A stretch of 62,273 nucleotides of DNA, the filler included, from Chiloscyllium plagiosum (taxonomy: Eukaryota): NCBI RefSeq assembly GCF_004010195.1. It is 5 parts of one record of this genome, joined end to end, with 100 filler letters (N's around TTAATTAATTAA, not from the genome) between each part and the next. Parts side by side here need not be neighbours in the genome. Positions count along the whole stretch, not along the records: positions 8,823 to 30,115 come from NC_057710.1; positions 30,216 to 43,918 come from NC_057710.1; 3 more parts are not named here. One strand, given 5' to 3'. Under the pieces are notes generated by a model, which saw only the letters and a list, made by a program, of their open reading frames with translations, was not told the DNA's origin and ran no database searches. A program made the translations under genes and the position numbers. This document shows, piece after piece, positions 21,745-35,184 of this stretch (within the stretch, counting starts at the first letter, position 1; the number at the start of each line of letters is the position of its first letter).

Positions 21745-22720
21745 CCTGCAAACTCCACACAGACAGTCGCCCAAGGCTAGAATCAAATCCAGGTCCCTGG
21801 CGCTGTGAGGCTACAGTACTAATCACTGAGTCACCGTGCTACCTGTGATTGTCATACCTTATTATGATGCATCCAGTTAGGATGCTTGCTAATGGTACAC
21901 CTATTAAAAACTGGTAAGAGTCATTGTGGGCATGCTGAATTTCCTTAGTCTTCTGAGGAAATCGATGGTGTGCTTTCGTCACTTTAGCATTGACATGGAT
22001 GGTCCAGGACAGATTGTAGATGATATTTACTCCTAGGAACTTGAAGCTCTCGACCACCTCCATTTCAACACCATTGCTACAGACAGGGGCGTGCCCTCCA
22101 CTCTGCTGCCTGCATTCAATAGCCATCTCCTTTGTTTTGCTGCCACTGAGGGAGAGATTGTTGTCTTTGCATTAAGCTGTCTACCTTCATCCCATATTCT
22201 GACTTGTTGTTGATGGAGATCCAACCCACTACAATGGTGTCATCAGCAAATCTGTAAACAGATTTGAGCCGAATTTGGTCTCACAGTTTTGTGAGTGCAT
22301 AAGGATTATAATAGAAGGCTGAGTACACACTGATGTTGAGGAATATTGTGGGGGAGGTGCTGTTGCCTATCCTTACTGATTGTGGTCTGTGGGTCAGAAA
22401 GTTAAGGATTCAGTTGCAGAGGGGGGAGCAGAGTTCTAGGTCTCGGAGTTTGGAGATGAGTTTTATTGGAATTACAGTATTAAAGAAAATAAATAGGAGT
22501 CTGACATGGCTGTCCTTGTTATCTAGATGTTCCAGGGATGAGCACAGAGCCAGGGAGATGGCATTTCCCATGGACCTTTTGTGACAGTTGGTGAATGGTA
22601 GTGGATCAAGGTAATCTGGGAGGCTGGAGTTGATGTGTGGCATTATTAACATCTTGAAGCACTTCATAATGATGGCTGTCAGGGTCAATGGACTGTAGTC
22701 ATTAAGGTATGTTGCCTGAC
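21745..22720 (-). mobile_element. Rex1/Babar LINE RT fragment (21841-22720) plus HE1 5' fragment (21745-21840)
   Basis: LTAIIMKCF...LDPL...AISLALCSSLEHLDNKDSHVRLLF; EVVESFKFLGVNI. Confidence 0.85.
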
Positions 22721-22739
22721 ATCTTAAACAGTATGGTTA

Positions 22740-23200
22740 TTTTATTCAAATACAGACCACACTTAGCCAGCATTGACTTGCAATGTATTAAAGCAAACAT
22801 ATGCAGTTAAATGTGATTCTGTAATTGTGCAGCACTTACTGAACAATCCTGAGTGTAGATATAGGTACACAATGGTAAACAAACTTGATAATTAGTCAAG
22901 TACATCGCATTCATGTTTGCTAGAAGCAACATTCATTTATTTGCAGGATCCATCCTCTCCAAACAAAAGAATTGTGCTCAAGTTTTGCCCTATCTTTTGA
23001 ATTACCAATGAGCTTGGAAAACCTGTAACTCCCAGTTTCTAGCAACGTCCCAGCCAATTGAAGTTGACTTGTCAATCAATTAGTTCCCCTTTTTCTGATA
23101 AGCTGGTGTCAGTTAAAATGTGGCATTTTTGCATTGGCCTAATGTTACAAGCTGGAAAGCTTATAACATGCATTTTTTTTTTGCAATATTCAGCTAATCC
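22740..23200 (+). mobile_element. Second, more decayed copy of the Penelope GIY-YIG family at 9385-10145
   Basis: CDSVIVQHLLNNPEC...LLEATFI. Confidence 0.6.
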
Positions 23201-23924
23201 AGGTCTGATAAAAGTTGGAGGAATAGCTTTGATCTCATGTCCCTTTTCAGTAATTTATTTAGTTCTGTACTGCCAAGTGCTTACTTGTAAGTGAAAGTGA
23301 ACAAACATAATTCAGAGCAGTTATAATATTCAAACTGCCTGAGTTGCTTGTTGCAGACTCATTTCGCTAAGCCGCAAGTGATTTTACTACCTCCAGTGGA
23401 CTTGCTCATGACTAAAGATTCTCATGTGGAATTAGGACCAAGCATTGCTGGACTTTGGGGAAGAATCTGCAGTTTCATTGCCTCTGGCCGAGGTGAGTGT
23501 TGTGAGTTTTCTGAATGTGGTCCTCCTGCGCCAAACCTCACTGTTTTGCCTCCACTGTTATGATACAATGTGCATACACTTTTACTAGAGGATATCCTAA
23601 ACTACTGTCAATCACCATCCACCTCCACAGGATGTAAGTTATTAGCTTTAAGACTTTGATAGTCTGAAACAATAGTGGTCAGAGTTGGATATCCTACACA
23701 CAGTTTCCAGTGAACATTATTGAAAACCGATATTAATGGTGACCAATCCTTAGATTTGATTTGTATGTTTACACCTGAGAACAAAATGTAATGTTGGCTG
23801 GCTCAAGTGTTTTTCCAAGAGAGATAGTCTATAAAAGTTTGTAGACTCTTACTTAGGGTGTCCTTATATAGTCGGTGCTGGCTACTTTGATGTCACTCAC
23901 CCTGAGACAGTTCCATACAGAAGT

Positions 23925-24935
23925 TCTGAACATAGAAGAGTACAGCACTGGAACAGACCCCTGAGCTCACATGTCAACGCTGACCATGATGCCATTCTAA
24001 ACGAATCCCATCTGCCTGAATATGGTCCATGTCCCTCTTTTCACTATCTGTTCTTGTGTCTATATAAATGTCTCTTAAATATTACTTTAGCGTTTGCTTC
24101 TACATTTCCTCTGGCAGTGTGTTCCAGATGTGTTAAAAAACCTGCCTCTCACATTTCCTTTAGACTTTCCTCCTTTCACCTTGAACCTATGCCCCTAGTA
24201 TTTGAAATTTCCACCCTGGGAAAAAATACTCTGACTATTCACCCTATCAAACCTCTCATAATTTTATGTTTTTCTATCAGGTCACCCCTCAACCTCTAAC
24301 GGTTGAGCAAAAACAGTCCAAGTTTGTCCACTCTCTCCTCATAGCTAATACACTTCAATCCAGGCAACATCCTGGTAAACCTCTTTTGCATCCTCTCCAA
24401 AGCATCCTATATTGCGGGGACCAATACCACACAACATATTCTCAATTTGACCTAACCAAAAGTTTTATGCAGCTGCAACATGACTTGTCAATTTTTATAC
24501 TCAGTGCCCCAACTGATGAAGACAAGCATACCATATACCTTCTTTACCACCTTATCCACTAGTGTTGACACTTTTAGGGAGTTATGGAGTTGGACCCCAA
24601 GATACCTCTGTACATCGATGTTCCGAAGGGTCCTGCCATTTACTGTATATTTTCATCTTGCATTTGACCTCTCAAAATCACCTCACACTTGTCCAGTTTA
24701 AACTCCATCTGCCATTTCTCTGCCCAACTTTCCAGCTAATCTATATCTTGCTGTATCCTTTGACAATCTTCCTCATTATGCACGTCTCCACTATTTTTGG
24801 TGTCATCTGCAAACTTACTAATCAGACCACCTATATTTTTACCCAAATCATTCATATATATTACAAACGTCAGAAGTCCCAGCACTGATCCTTGTAGAAC
24901 ACCATTGATCACAAATCTCCAGTCAGAAAACACTC
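23925..24935 (-). mobile_element. CR1 RT plus 3' end
   Basis: VLQGSVLG...IYMNDLG...SKFADDTK...CQRIQQDID. Confidence 0.85.
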
Positions 24936-24939
24936 TTCT

Positions 24940-25670
24940 ACAACTCAAACATAGGTTGAAGATAGTGCAGGATAAGCATGTCTCTTTGAAAACAAGGGTT
25001 AGGAAAGGCAAGATTTGTGAACTGCGGATGACAGGAGAAATCATGGGGCTAGCCAAGAGGGAAAGGGAAGCGTACATAAGGTCCAGGCAGCTAAGAACAG
25101 AACGGACCTTGGAGAAATATCGGAAGAATAGGACCATTCTTAAATGAGGAATCAAGTGGGCTAAAAGGGGGCATGAAATAGCTTTGGTGAGCAGAATTAG
25201 GGAGAATCCCAATTCTTATATAAGAAGCAAGAGGGTAACCAGAGAAAGGGTTGGTCCACTAAAGGATAAGGAAGGTTGTGTGTCAAACCTGAGAAAATGG
25301 GTGAGATTCTCAATGATTACTTTGCATTAGTGTTCAGTGAGGAATGGGAGGTGATGAATGCTGAAATTAGAGACAGAATTCTGTTTACTCTGGATCATGT
25401 TGATATAAGGAGGGAAGGTGTGGGTCGGGGAGTCCAGAACTAGAGGGCATAGGTTTAGGGTGAGAGGGGAAAGATATAAAAGAGACCTAAGGGGCAACTT
25501 TTTCACACAGAGAGTGGTACGTGTATGGAATGAGCTGCCAGAGGAAGTGTGGAGGCTGGTACAATTGCAACATTTAAGAGGCATTTGGATGGGTATATGA
25601 ATAGGAAGGGTTTGGAGGGGTATGGGCTGAGTGCTGGCAGGTGGGATTAGGTTGGGTTGGGATATCTGGA
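24940..25670 (+). mobile_element. CR1 ORF2 mid fragment joined to CR1 3' end (junction ~25418)
   Basis: VQDKHVSLK...MTGEI; then GESRTRGHRFRVRGERYK. Confidence 0.8.
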
Positions 25671-25704
25671 CAAAAAACTGACCCATCTATAGTACTCGTA
25701 CTGT

Positions 25705-26284
25705 AGTGTCCCCCATGACAACTACCCTGCCTCTCTCACTCCTATCGAGAATCACCTTTGCTATCCTTTCCTCTACATCTCTGGGACTATTCGGAGGCCT
25801 ATAGAAAACTCCCAGCATGGTGACTTCTCCTTTCCTGTTTCTAACCTCAGCCCATACTACCTCAGTTAACGAGTCCCCAAACATCCTTTCTACAACTGTA
25901 ATATTGTCCCTGATCAACAATGCCACACCTCCCCCTCTTTTACCATCTTCTCTGCTCTTACTGAAACATCTGAATCCTGGAACCTGCAACAGCCATTCCT
26001 GTCCCTGCTCTATCCATGTCCCCGTAATGGCCACAACATCGAAGTCCCAGGTACCAACCCACGCTGCCAGTTCACCCACTTTATTTCGGATGCTCCTCAC
26101 GTTGAAGTACACACACTTAAATCAGATTCTCGCTTGCCAGTGTCAGATACTTGATTTGGGAACTCCCTACTCTCATCCTCTTCTGTACTGTCCTACAATT
26201 TTGGTTCCCACCCCCCTGCTGTATTAGTTTAAATCCACCGTAATAGCAATAATATTGGTACCCCTCTGGTTTAGATGAAGACCA
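25705..26284 (-). mobile_element. CR1 ORF2 APE endonuclease N-terminus
   Basis: YFNVRSIRNK...DVVAITGTW...KRGGGVALL...GVFYRPPNS...VVMGD. Confidence 0.9.
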
Positions 26285-27148
26285 NNNNNNNNNNNNNNNN
26301 NNNNNNNNNNNNNNNNNNNNNNNNNNNNNNNNNNNNNNNNNNNNNNNNNNNNNNNNNNNNNNNNNNNNNNNNNNNNNNNNNNNNNNNNNNNNNNNNNNNN
26401 NNNNNNNNNNNNNNNNNNNNNNNNNNNNNNNNNNNNNNNNNNNNNNNNNNNNNNNNNNNNNNNNNNNNNNNNNNNNNNNNNNNNNNNNNNNNNNNNNNNN
26501 NNNNNNNNNNNNNNNNNNNNNNNNNNNNNNNNNNNNNNNNNNNNNNNNNNNNNNNNNNNNNNNNNNNNNNNNNNNNNNNNNNNNNNNNNNNNNNNNNNNN
26601 NNNNNNNNNNNNNNNNNNNNNNNNNNNNNNNNNNNNNNNNNNNNNNNNNNNNNNNNNNNNNNNNNNNNNNNNNNNNNNNNNNNNNNNNNNNNNNNNNNNN
26701 NNNNNNNNNNNNNNNNNNNNNNNNNNNNNNNNNNNNNNNNNNNNNNNNNNNNNNNNNNNNNNNNNNNNNNNNNNNNNNNNNNNNNNNNNNNNNNNNNNNN
26801 NNNNNNNNNNNNNNNNNNNNNNNNNNNNNNNNNNNNNNNNNNNNNNNNNNNNNNNNNNNNNNNNNNNNNNNNNNNNNNNNNNNNNNNNNNNNNNNNNNNN
26901 NNNNNNNNNNNNNNNNNNNNNNNNNNNNNNNNNNNNNNNNNNNNNNNNNNNNNNNNNNNNNNNNNNNNNNNNNNNNNNNNNNNNNNNNNNNNNNNNNNNN
27001 NNNNNNNNNNNNNNNNNNNNNNNNNNNNNNNNNNNNNNNNNNNNNNNNNNNNNNNNNNNNNNNNNNNNNNNNNNNNNNNNNNNNNNNNNNNNNNNNNNNN
27101 NNNNNNNNNNNNNNNNNNNNNNNNNNNNNNNNNNNNNNNNNNNNNNNA

Positions 27149-28510
27149 AATGAAAATGTTGGTGAGGAAGATACAGAGATACTTGCATCTAGACTAGAAG
27201 AGATTGAGGTTCACAAGGAAGAGGTATTAGAAATACTGCAGAGTTGGAAAATAGACAAGTCGACTGGGTTGGATGGGATCTATCCTAAGATCCTTTGGGA
27301 AGCAAGGGAAGAGATTGCCGAGGCTTTGGCATTGATCTTCAAATCATCATTGTCTACAGGACTGGAGGATAGCAAATGTGGTTCCCTTGTTCAAAAAGGG
27401 TAGTAGAGACAACCCTGGTAATTACAGACCAGTGAGTCTCACTTCAGTTATTGGTAAAGTGTTGGAAAAGGTTATAAGAGATATGATTTATAACCATTTA
27501 GAAAAGAATAATCTGATCAGGGACAGTCAACACGGTTTTGTGAAGGGTAGGTCATGCCTAACGAATCTTATTGAGTTTTTTGACAAAGTGACCAAACAGG
27601 TAGATGAGAGTAAACCCAGTTAATGTGGTGTATATGGATTTCAGCAAGGCGTTCGATAAGGTTCCCCACTGTAGGATATTATATAAAATGCGGAGGAATG
27701 GGATTATGGGAGACGTAGCAGTTTGGATCAGTAATTGGCTTGCTGAAAGAAAACAGAGGGTTATAGTTGATGGAACATGTTCATCTTAGTGCCCAGTTAC
27801 TAGCGGCGTACCTCAAGGGTTGGTGTTGGGTCCACTGCTGTTCATCATTTTTATAAATGACCTGGATGAGGGCTTAGAAGGGTGGGTTAGTACATTTGCG
27901 GACGACACTAAGGTCAGTGGAGTTGTGGATAGTGACGAAGGATATAGTAGGTTGCAGACAGACATAGATAGGATGCAGAGCTGGGCTAAGAGGTGGCAAA
28001 TGGAGTTTAATGTGGACAAGTGTGAGGTGATACACTTTGGANNNNNNNNNNNNNNNNNNNNNNNNNNNNNNNNNNNNNNNNNNNNNNNNNNNNNNNNNNN
28101 NNNNNNNAAGGCTGAGGGCCTTGAGGCTGTTCTCGTTAGAGAGAAGAAGGTTGAGAGGTGACTAATAGAGAAATACAAGATAATCAAAGAGTTAGATAGG
28201 GTGGACAGGGAGACCCTTTTTCCAAGTATGGGGACGACAAACACGAGGGGGCATAGCTTTAAATTGAGGGGAGATAGATATAGGACAGATGTCAGAGGTA
28301 GTTTCTTTACTCAGAGAGTAGTAAGGGTATGGAATGCTTTGCCTGCAACGGTAGTAGATTCGCCAAGTTTAAGTGCATTTCAGTCGTCATTGGACAGGCA
28401 TATGGACGTACATGGAATAGTGTAGGTGGGTTGGGCTTCAGATTAGTATGACAGGGCGGCGCAACATCGAGGGCCGAAGGGCCTGTACCGCGCTGTAATG
28501 TTCTATGGTC
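27149..28510 (+). mobile_element. CR1 ORF2 RT to 3' end (gapped)
   Basis: PGNYRPVSLTS, QHGFVKGRSCLTNL, YMDFSKAFDKVPH, FADDTK; (ttctatg) tail. Confidence 0.9.
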
Positions 28511-28582
28511 TATATCTGGTCGGCATGGATGGGTTGGACCGAAGGGTCTGTTTCCATGCTGTACATCTCTATGACTCTGTGT

Positions 28583-29796
28583 GACCGGATGGGATCTATC
28601 CCAGCTTGCTGAGTGAGGCAAGAGAGGAAAGAGCTGGGGCCCTGACAGATATCTTTGTCGCATTCTTAAACGTAGGTGAGGTGCCGGAGTATGGAGGGTT
28701 ACTCATGTTGTCCCCTGTACAAGAAGGGTAGTAGGGATATTCCAGGTAACTACAGACCAGTGAGCCTGACGTCAGTGGTGGGAAAGTTGCTGGAAAAGGT
28801 ACTAAGAGGTAAATCTATTTATATTTGGAAAAGAACGGGCTTATCAGTGATAGGCAACATGTATTTGTGTGTGGGAGATCGTGCCTTATCAGCTTAATAG
28901 AGTTCTTCGAGGAAATGACCAAGTTGATAGATGAAGGAAGGGCTGTTAATGTCATATACATGGACTTTAGTAAGGTGTTTGATAAGGTTCCCCATGTTAA
29001 ACTAATGGAGAAAGTGAAGTCACATGGTGTGCAAGGTGTTCTATCTAGATGGATAAAGAACTGGTTGAGCAACAGGAGTCAGAGGGTGATAGTTGAAGGG
29101 AGTTTCTCGAAATGTAGAAAGGTGACCAGTGGTGGTTCACAGGAATCAGTGCTAGGGCCGCTGTTGTTTGTAATATACATAAATGATCTGGAAGTGGGCA
29201 CTGTTGGTCTGATCAGTAAGTTTGCAGGTGCCACGGAGATTGGTGGAGTAGCAGAAAGCATAAGGGACTGTCAAAGAATACAGGAGAATATAGATAGACT
29301 GGAGAGTTGGGCGGAGAAATGGCAGATGGAGTTCAATCTAGGCAAATGTGAGGTGATGCATTTTCGGAAGTCTAATTTTGGAGCAAACTATATTGTAAAT
29401 GGAAGAGCATTGGGAAAAGTTGATGAGCAGAGAGATCTGGGAGGTCAGGTCCATTGTACGCTGGATGTGCCTGGACAGGTGGATAGAGTGGTCAAGAAGG
29501 CATATGGTATGATTGCCTTCATCAGACGGGGTATTGAGTGTAAGAGCTGGCAAGTCATGTTAAAATTGTACAAACCTTGGTTCGGCCACATTTAGAATGC
29601 TGTGTACAGTTCTGGTCGCCACATTACCTAAAGGATGTGGATGCTGAGGAGAGGGTGCAGAGAAGGTTTATGAGGATGATGTTTGGTATGGAAGGTGCTA
29701 GTTATGAAGAGAAGTTGAGTAAGTTAGGATTGTTTTCATTAGAAAAAAGGAGACTGGGGGGAACCTGATTGAGGTCTCCAAAATCATGAAGGGTAT
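28583..29796 (+). mobile_element. CR1 ORF2 RT fragment
   Basis: 256-aa ORF 28825-29595 with RT motifs (FADD decayed to FAGA). Confidence 0.9.
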
Positions 29797-29992
29797 AGCT
29801 GAAAATGTGTTGCTGGAAAAGCGCAGCAAGTCAGGCGGCATCCAGCTAGTTATGAAGAGAAGTTGAGTAAGTTAGGATTGTTTTCATTAGAAAAAAGGAG
29901 ACTGGGGGGAACCTGATTGAGGTCTCCAAAATCATGAAGGGTATAGCTGAAAATGTGTTGCTGGAAAAGCGCAGCAAGTCAGGCGGCATCCA
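29697..29992 (+). repeat. Perfect 148-bp tandem duplication spanning a CR1/Penelope junction
   Basis: 29697-29844 repeated at 29845-29992; Penelope terminal repeat (- strand) continues to the gap at ~30115. Confidence 0.9.
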
Positions 29993-30215
29993 GGGAGCAG
30001 GAGAATCGAAGTTTCGGGCATAAGCCCTTCTTCAGGAATGAGGAAAGTGTATCCAGCAGGCTAAGATAAAAGGTAGGGAGGAGGGACTTGGGGGAGGGGC
30101 GTCGGAAATGCGATANNNNNNNNNNNNNNNNNNNNNNNNNNNNNNNNNNNNNNNNNNNNTTAATTAATTAANNNNNNNNNNNNNNNNNNNNNNNNNNNNN
30201 NNNNNNNNNNNNNNN

Positions 30216-30724
30216 AACGTGTCCAGCAGAGATTCACATGGATGATCCCTGGAATGACAGGTCTAACATATGAGGAACGGCTGAGGATACTGGGATTGTA
30301 TTCGTTGGAGTTTAGAAGATTAAGGGGAGACTTAATAGAGACGTACAAAATAATACATGGCTTGGAAAAGGTGGATGCTAGGAAATTGTTTCCGTTAAAC
30401 GAGGAGACTAGGACCCGTGGACACAGCCTTAGAATTAGAGGGGGTCATTTCAGAACAGAAATGCGGAGACATTTCTTCAGCCAGAGAGTGGTGGGCCTGT
30501 GGAATTCATTGCCACGGAGTGCAGTGGAAGCCGGGACGCTAAATGTCTTCAAGGCCGAGATTGATAGATTCTTGTTGTCTTGAGGAATTTAGGGCTACGG
30601 GGAGAACGCTGGTAAGTGGAGCTGAAATGCGCATCAGCCATGATTGAATGGCGGAGTGGACTCGATGGGCCGAATGGCCTTACTTCCACTCCTATGTCTT
30701 ATGGTCTTATGGTCTTATGGTCTC
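30216..30724 (+). mobile_element. Young CR1 3' end with (GGTCTTAT)n tail
   Basis: IPGMTGLTYEERLRILGLYSLEFRRLRGDLIETYK...; tail ~30696-30724. Confidence 0.9.
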
Positions 30725-30749
30725 TTCTCTAATGTATTACTTAAGGAAG

Positions 30750-31488
30750 CCATGTGAGAGAGATAGAGTTTAATGGAGATCAGTATGTGGTTATCCATTT
30801 TGGTTGGAAGATTAGAAAGGCAACATATTATGGAGTGAAACTTCAGAGTGCTTTGTTGCAGATGGATCTGGGTTTCCTTGTGCATGAAGTGCAGGTAATA
30901 AGGAAGGGATTTTGGCATTCATTGCTAAAGGAATGGAGTATATCAGTAGGGAAGTGTTGTTGCAACTGGTCAAGGCATTAGTAAAACTGTGCCTGGAGTA
31001 TTGTTAACAGTTTTGTTGTCTTACTTGAGGAGAATGTAGTTACATTGAAAGTGAAGAGGTTCACGAGATTGATTCCAGAGATGAGGAGTTAGTCTTATGA
31101 AGAAAAATTGAGCAGTTTAGGCCTACACACTCTAGAGTTTAGAAGATTGAGGGGAGATCTAATTGAGGTGTTTAATATGATAAAGGAGGTCATAGCATTA
31201 GGACAAGGGGTAGCAGATTTATAACAGAGGAGGAGAAATTTCTTTTTTCAAAGGATTGTGGATGTATGGAATTCATGACTCTAGAGTGAGGTGTATGCTG
31301 GGACATAGAGTAAATTTAAGGAGGAGAAAGACAGATTTTTTCATTAGTAATGGGTTGAAGGACTATTGAGAGAAGGCAGGAAAGTGGAGTTGAGGCTGAA
31401 GTGAAATCAGCCATGATTGTATTAAATGGCAGAGCAGGTTTGATGGACTGAACTAACTATTCCTGCTCCTGGTCCTTATGTTTTTATG
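30750..31488 (+). mobile_element. Older CR1 3' fragment
   Basis: IEFN...VIHFG; LSYEEKLSSLGLHTLEFRRLRGDLIEV. Confidence 0.8.
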
Positions 31489-32702
31489 GGAGAAAGTGAG
31501 GACTGCAGATGCTGGAGATCAGAGCTGAAAAATGTGTTGCTGGAAAAGCACAGCAGGTCAGGCAGCATCCAAGGAGCAGGAGAATCGATGTTTCAGGCAT
31601 GAGCCCTTCTTCAGGAATGAGGAAAGTGTGCCAAGCAGGCTAAGATAAAAGGTAGGGAGGAGGGACTCGGGGGAGGGGCGTTGGGAATGCGATCGATGGA
31701 ACGAGGTTAAGGTGAGGGTGATAAGGTGAGGGTGATAGGCCGGAGTGGTGGTGGGAGCGGAGAGGTCAGGAAGAAGATTGCAGGTTAGGAAGGTGGTGCT
31801 GAGTTCGAGGGTTGGAACTGAGACAAGGTGGGGGGAGGGGAAATGAGGAAACTGGAGAAATCTGAGTTCATCCCTTGTGGTTGGAGGGTGCCTAGGCGGA
31901 AGATGAGGCGCTCTTCCTTCAGCCGTCATGTTGCTATGGTCTGGCGATGGCTGAGTCCAAGGACCTGCATGTCCTTGGTGGAGTGGGAGGGGGAGTTGAA
32001 GTGTTGAGCCATGGGGTGGTTGGGTTGGTTGGTCCGGGTATCCCAGAGGTGTTCTCTGAAATGTTCCCAATATAGAGGAGGCCACATTGGGTGCAGCGGA
32101 TGCAGTAAATGATGTGTGTGGAGGTGCAGGTGAATTTGTGGCGGATATGGAAGTATCCCTTGGGGCCTTGGAGGGAAGTAAGGAGGGAGATGTGGGCGCA
32201 AGTTTTGCATTTCTTGCGATTGCACGGGAAGGTGCCGGGAGTGGAGGTTGGGTTGGTGGGGGGTGTGGACCTGACGAGGGAGTCACGGAGGGTGTTCGGT
32301 ATTGGAACTGGTCCTCCTGGGAGCAGATGCAGCGGAGACGAAGGAATTGAAAATATGGGATGGCGTTTTTACAGGGGGCAGGGTGGGAGGAGGTGTAGTC
32401 TAGGTAGCTGTGGGAATCGGTCGGTTTATAGAAACTGTCCGTGTTGATTCGGTCGCCCGAGATAGAAATGGAAAGGTCTAGGGAGGGGAGGGAGGAGTCT
32501 GAGACGGTCCAGGTAAATTTGAGGTCGGGGTGGAAGGTGTTGGTAAAGTGGATGAACTGTTCAACCTCCTCGTGGGAGCACGAGGCAGCGCCGATACAGT
32601 CATCGATGTAGCGGAAGAAAAGGTGGGGGGTGGTGCCAGTGTAGCTGCAGAAGATGGACTGTTCCACATATCCTACGAAGAGGCAGGCATAGCTGGGGCC
32701 CA
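31489..32702 (-). mobile_element. 5'-truncated Neptune-type Penelope element (RT C-term, Zn linker, GIY-YIG, terminal repeat)
   Basis: MGPSYACLFVGYVEQ...RYIDDCIG...YKPTDSHSYLDY; other frame PCNRKKCKTC and IIYCIRCTQCGLLYIG; 12-bp TSD tatgtttttatg at 31477-31488 and 32703-32714. Confidence 0.9.
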
Positions 32703-33115
32703 TATGTTTTTATGCCTACAGTTACCAACTTTGGGTTATATTCAAGTATACTTTGCAATTTCTCCAGATTGTGTGTCTCCACTAAACCCATGGAAATAAT
32801 GAACAGAGTGCTCTGTTCTCAGATAACTGTGCCCATCAATGAAGGTATCTCAGCAGGCGCACACAGACTCATAAACACTGCCAAAGCCATTAATCCGCAG
32901 TCAGGGTCTCCAGATTATACACTTGATGGATGCTTAAACACTCCACTGGGATAGCTTGATCTATGAATCTAAAACTAATTAATTTTCCAACAGTCCAAGA
33001 TCAAGGTCATGTTTCTGACTCACAGAACCTGACTCACAGTACAAAGCTCCAGATATAATTCTTGTTGGCATCAGACTTGAGGTTGGCAGAAAACCTTTGG
33101 CGGCACAGTGGCTCA

Positions 33116-33416
33116 GGGCAGCATGGTGGCTCAGTGGTTAGCACTGCTGCCTCACACGGCCAAGGACCCAGGTTTGATTCCAACCTCGGGCGACTGTCTG
33201 TGTGGAGTTTACACATTCTCCCTGTGTCTGCGTAAATTTCCTCCAGGTGCTCTGGTTTCCTCCCACAATCCAAAGATATGCAGGTCAGGTGAATTGGTCA
33301 TGCTAAATTACCCATAGTCAGGGGTAAATATGGGTCTAGGTGGGTTACTCTTAAAAGGGTTGGTGTGGACTTGTTGGGCTGAAGGGCCTGTTTCCACACT
33401 GTAGGGAATCTAATCT
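33116..33416 (+). mobile_element. HE1-type SINE, full length
   Basis: gggcagcatggtggctcagtggttagcactgctgcctcac...aatctaatct. Confidence 0.9.
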
Positions 33417-35184
33417 TTGTCAATTGCTGCCAAGAGAGACCATTTTGATGAAGGTAACTGTGCAAGCATCCAGAAAGCAAGGTCTATCTACAAGCAACTC
33501 CATCAGCGTGTCTGGAAGCTAAAGGCTAAAATCAAACTCTCCAGTGTATTGCCTTTACCCTGCCTCCCCTCCACCTCCAACTAAATAAGATTAAGGGCAG
33601 AACATTACCACTAGTTTGCGACTTTGACGTCAAGACCAAATGGAGATCCTGGATCTCTCCTTGCTAGGAGCCAAACGGTGAAACTTATTTTCCCAGTGAC
33701 CATCTCCTGCTCCCAATTCAATGTCCAAGTAAGCTCAACCATTGTTTTATGCTGATGGTTACTACAAAGCCTTGGATATCATGCCGTAGGCACAGGCATT
33801 TCCAACCATTCACCATGTGGTGCAGAATGTTGGCCTACTTATTGAGATATCCTACTTTAGATGGCAAATGCCATGGATCAACACTGCTTGCACAGTCAAC
33901 TGTTTAGTTGTGCCTCAGAACTGCATATACAGATCTTAATGTTTGTCTCTGTACTTTTCTTGCAGGTGTGTTGTACAGCATGGAAGGTGTATAGGTCTGC
34001 TACAGACGCCACATCAATGCTACTTTCCACAAAGGTGAAGCCTCTTTGACTAATTGCAAAATGCTGCACACTGCTCCAAATGGTCTCTAACTGTGCCTTA
34101 AATATACAGGTTATTTGTCTACTGCACCTCTGTGTATCTGCAGGATAGCCCACTCTTGGGAAATTTCCTCGCCATTAGGAATACGTCTCTTCTATCTCTC
34201 TGCCACCCCTCCTCAAAGGCTGGGACTTTTAAGATTTTACCTTTACACTCTGAGGGCCCTCTCAGACTGCACTCTCTGTATAAGTGGTACAGTGCCAAGG
34301 GGGGCACAGTTCCAACCTTGCAGAATAGAATACCTCAGTAGAGTATTGAGGCTTGTTGAAACCACGCATTCTCCAACTTAACTGTCAGCATTGGTAGAAC
34401 AGACTGGGATTACTTGTGTTGATTCACTTCTTCTGGAAGTAATCTTAGAAGATATGGAAAATGCTGGAATATATTTTATCATGTTCTTGTCTCCTCAAAC
34501 ACTGGCACAATCAGCAAAAATCATTAGCACAAAAGAGCCCTTTCAGGTCAATGTTTTTAAGCATTATGATCTGCTTCACTTCATCTGTGGTAATTTTGCT
34601 GGATAAAGCAAATGATTTATTGGAAATTACCTTTGATCCCATAAAATAACATTGAAAGATGATTAATGTAAATCGTGCTGAGCACATGGGCCCACTGGGA
34701 ATCATAAACCTAATCTAAGAGAGGAGAGGCCTTGTAAAGAGTAATTGGAATCTGAGCCTGTCTACCTGAGGGAGTTAATAGACTGTAAGACCACAGATTG
34801 TAAGGTACTTGAGTTAATTAATGTGTTTTTCCAGATTATACACTTGATGGATGCTTAAACACTTCACTGGGATAACTTGGTCTATGAATCTAAAACTAAT
34901 TACTTCTCCAACAGTCTTTTTTTCATTCTAGAAGTTATTAGAAGTACTGCACAAGGCTTTCGAATCTAATGCAGAAGAAAATCGGTTGTCTAGTTAGCAT
35001 CTTAGTGTGGGACTTGAAATACTCTGAAGTTAAGGGGAAGACTGAAAACTGTTTGTGTTAATACATCATGCTTCACCTACTTGTTAAAATGTGATGGCAT
35101 TTAGCAGAATAGATGCTCATAGCAGTGGGTTATCTCCAGAAAATGGAATTGGCGAAGAAGACTGTCAAAGGTTTACACTGACCT

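Noticed and set aside
26271..27188. ~300-aa ORFs in the track (also the X-rich ORFs near 53875-54455)
   Set aside because: They read through N gaps.
31558..32703. 381-aa ORF as a host or novel gene
   Set aside because: Penelope RT fragment that shifts out of frame after an internal deletion; the Pro-rich tail is off-frame GIY-YIG/UTR sequence.
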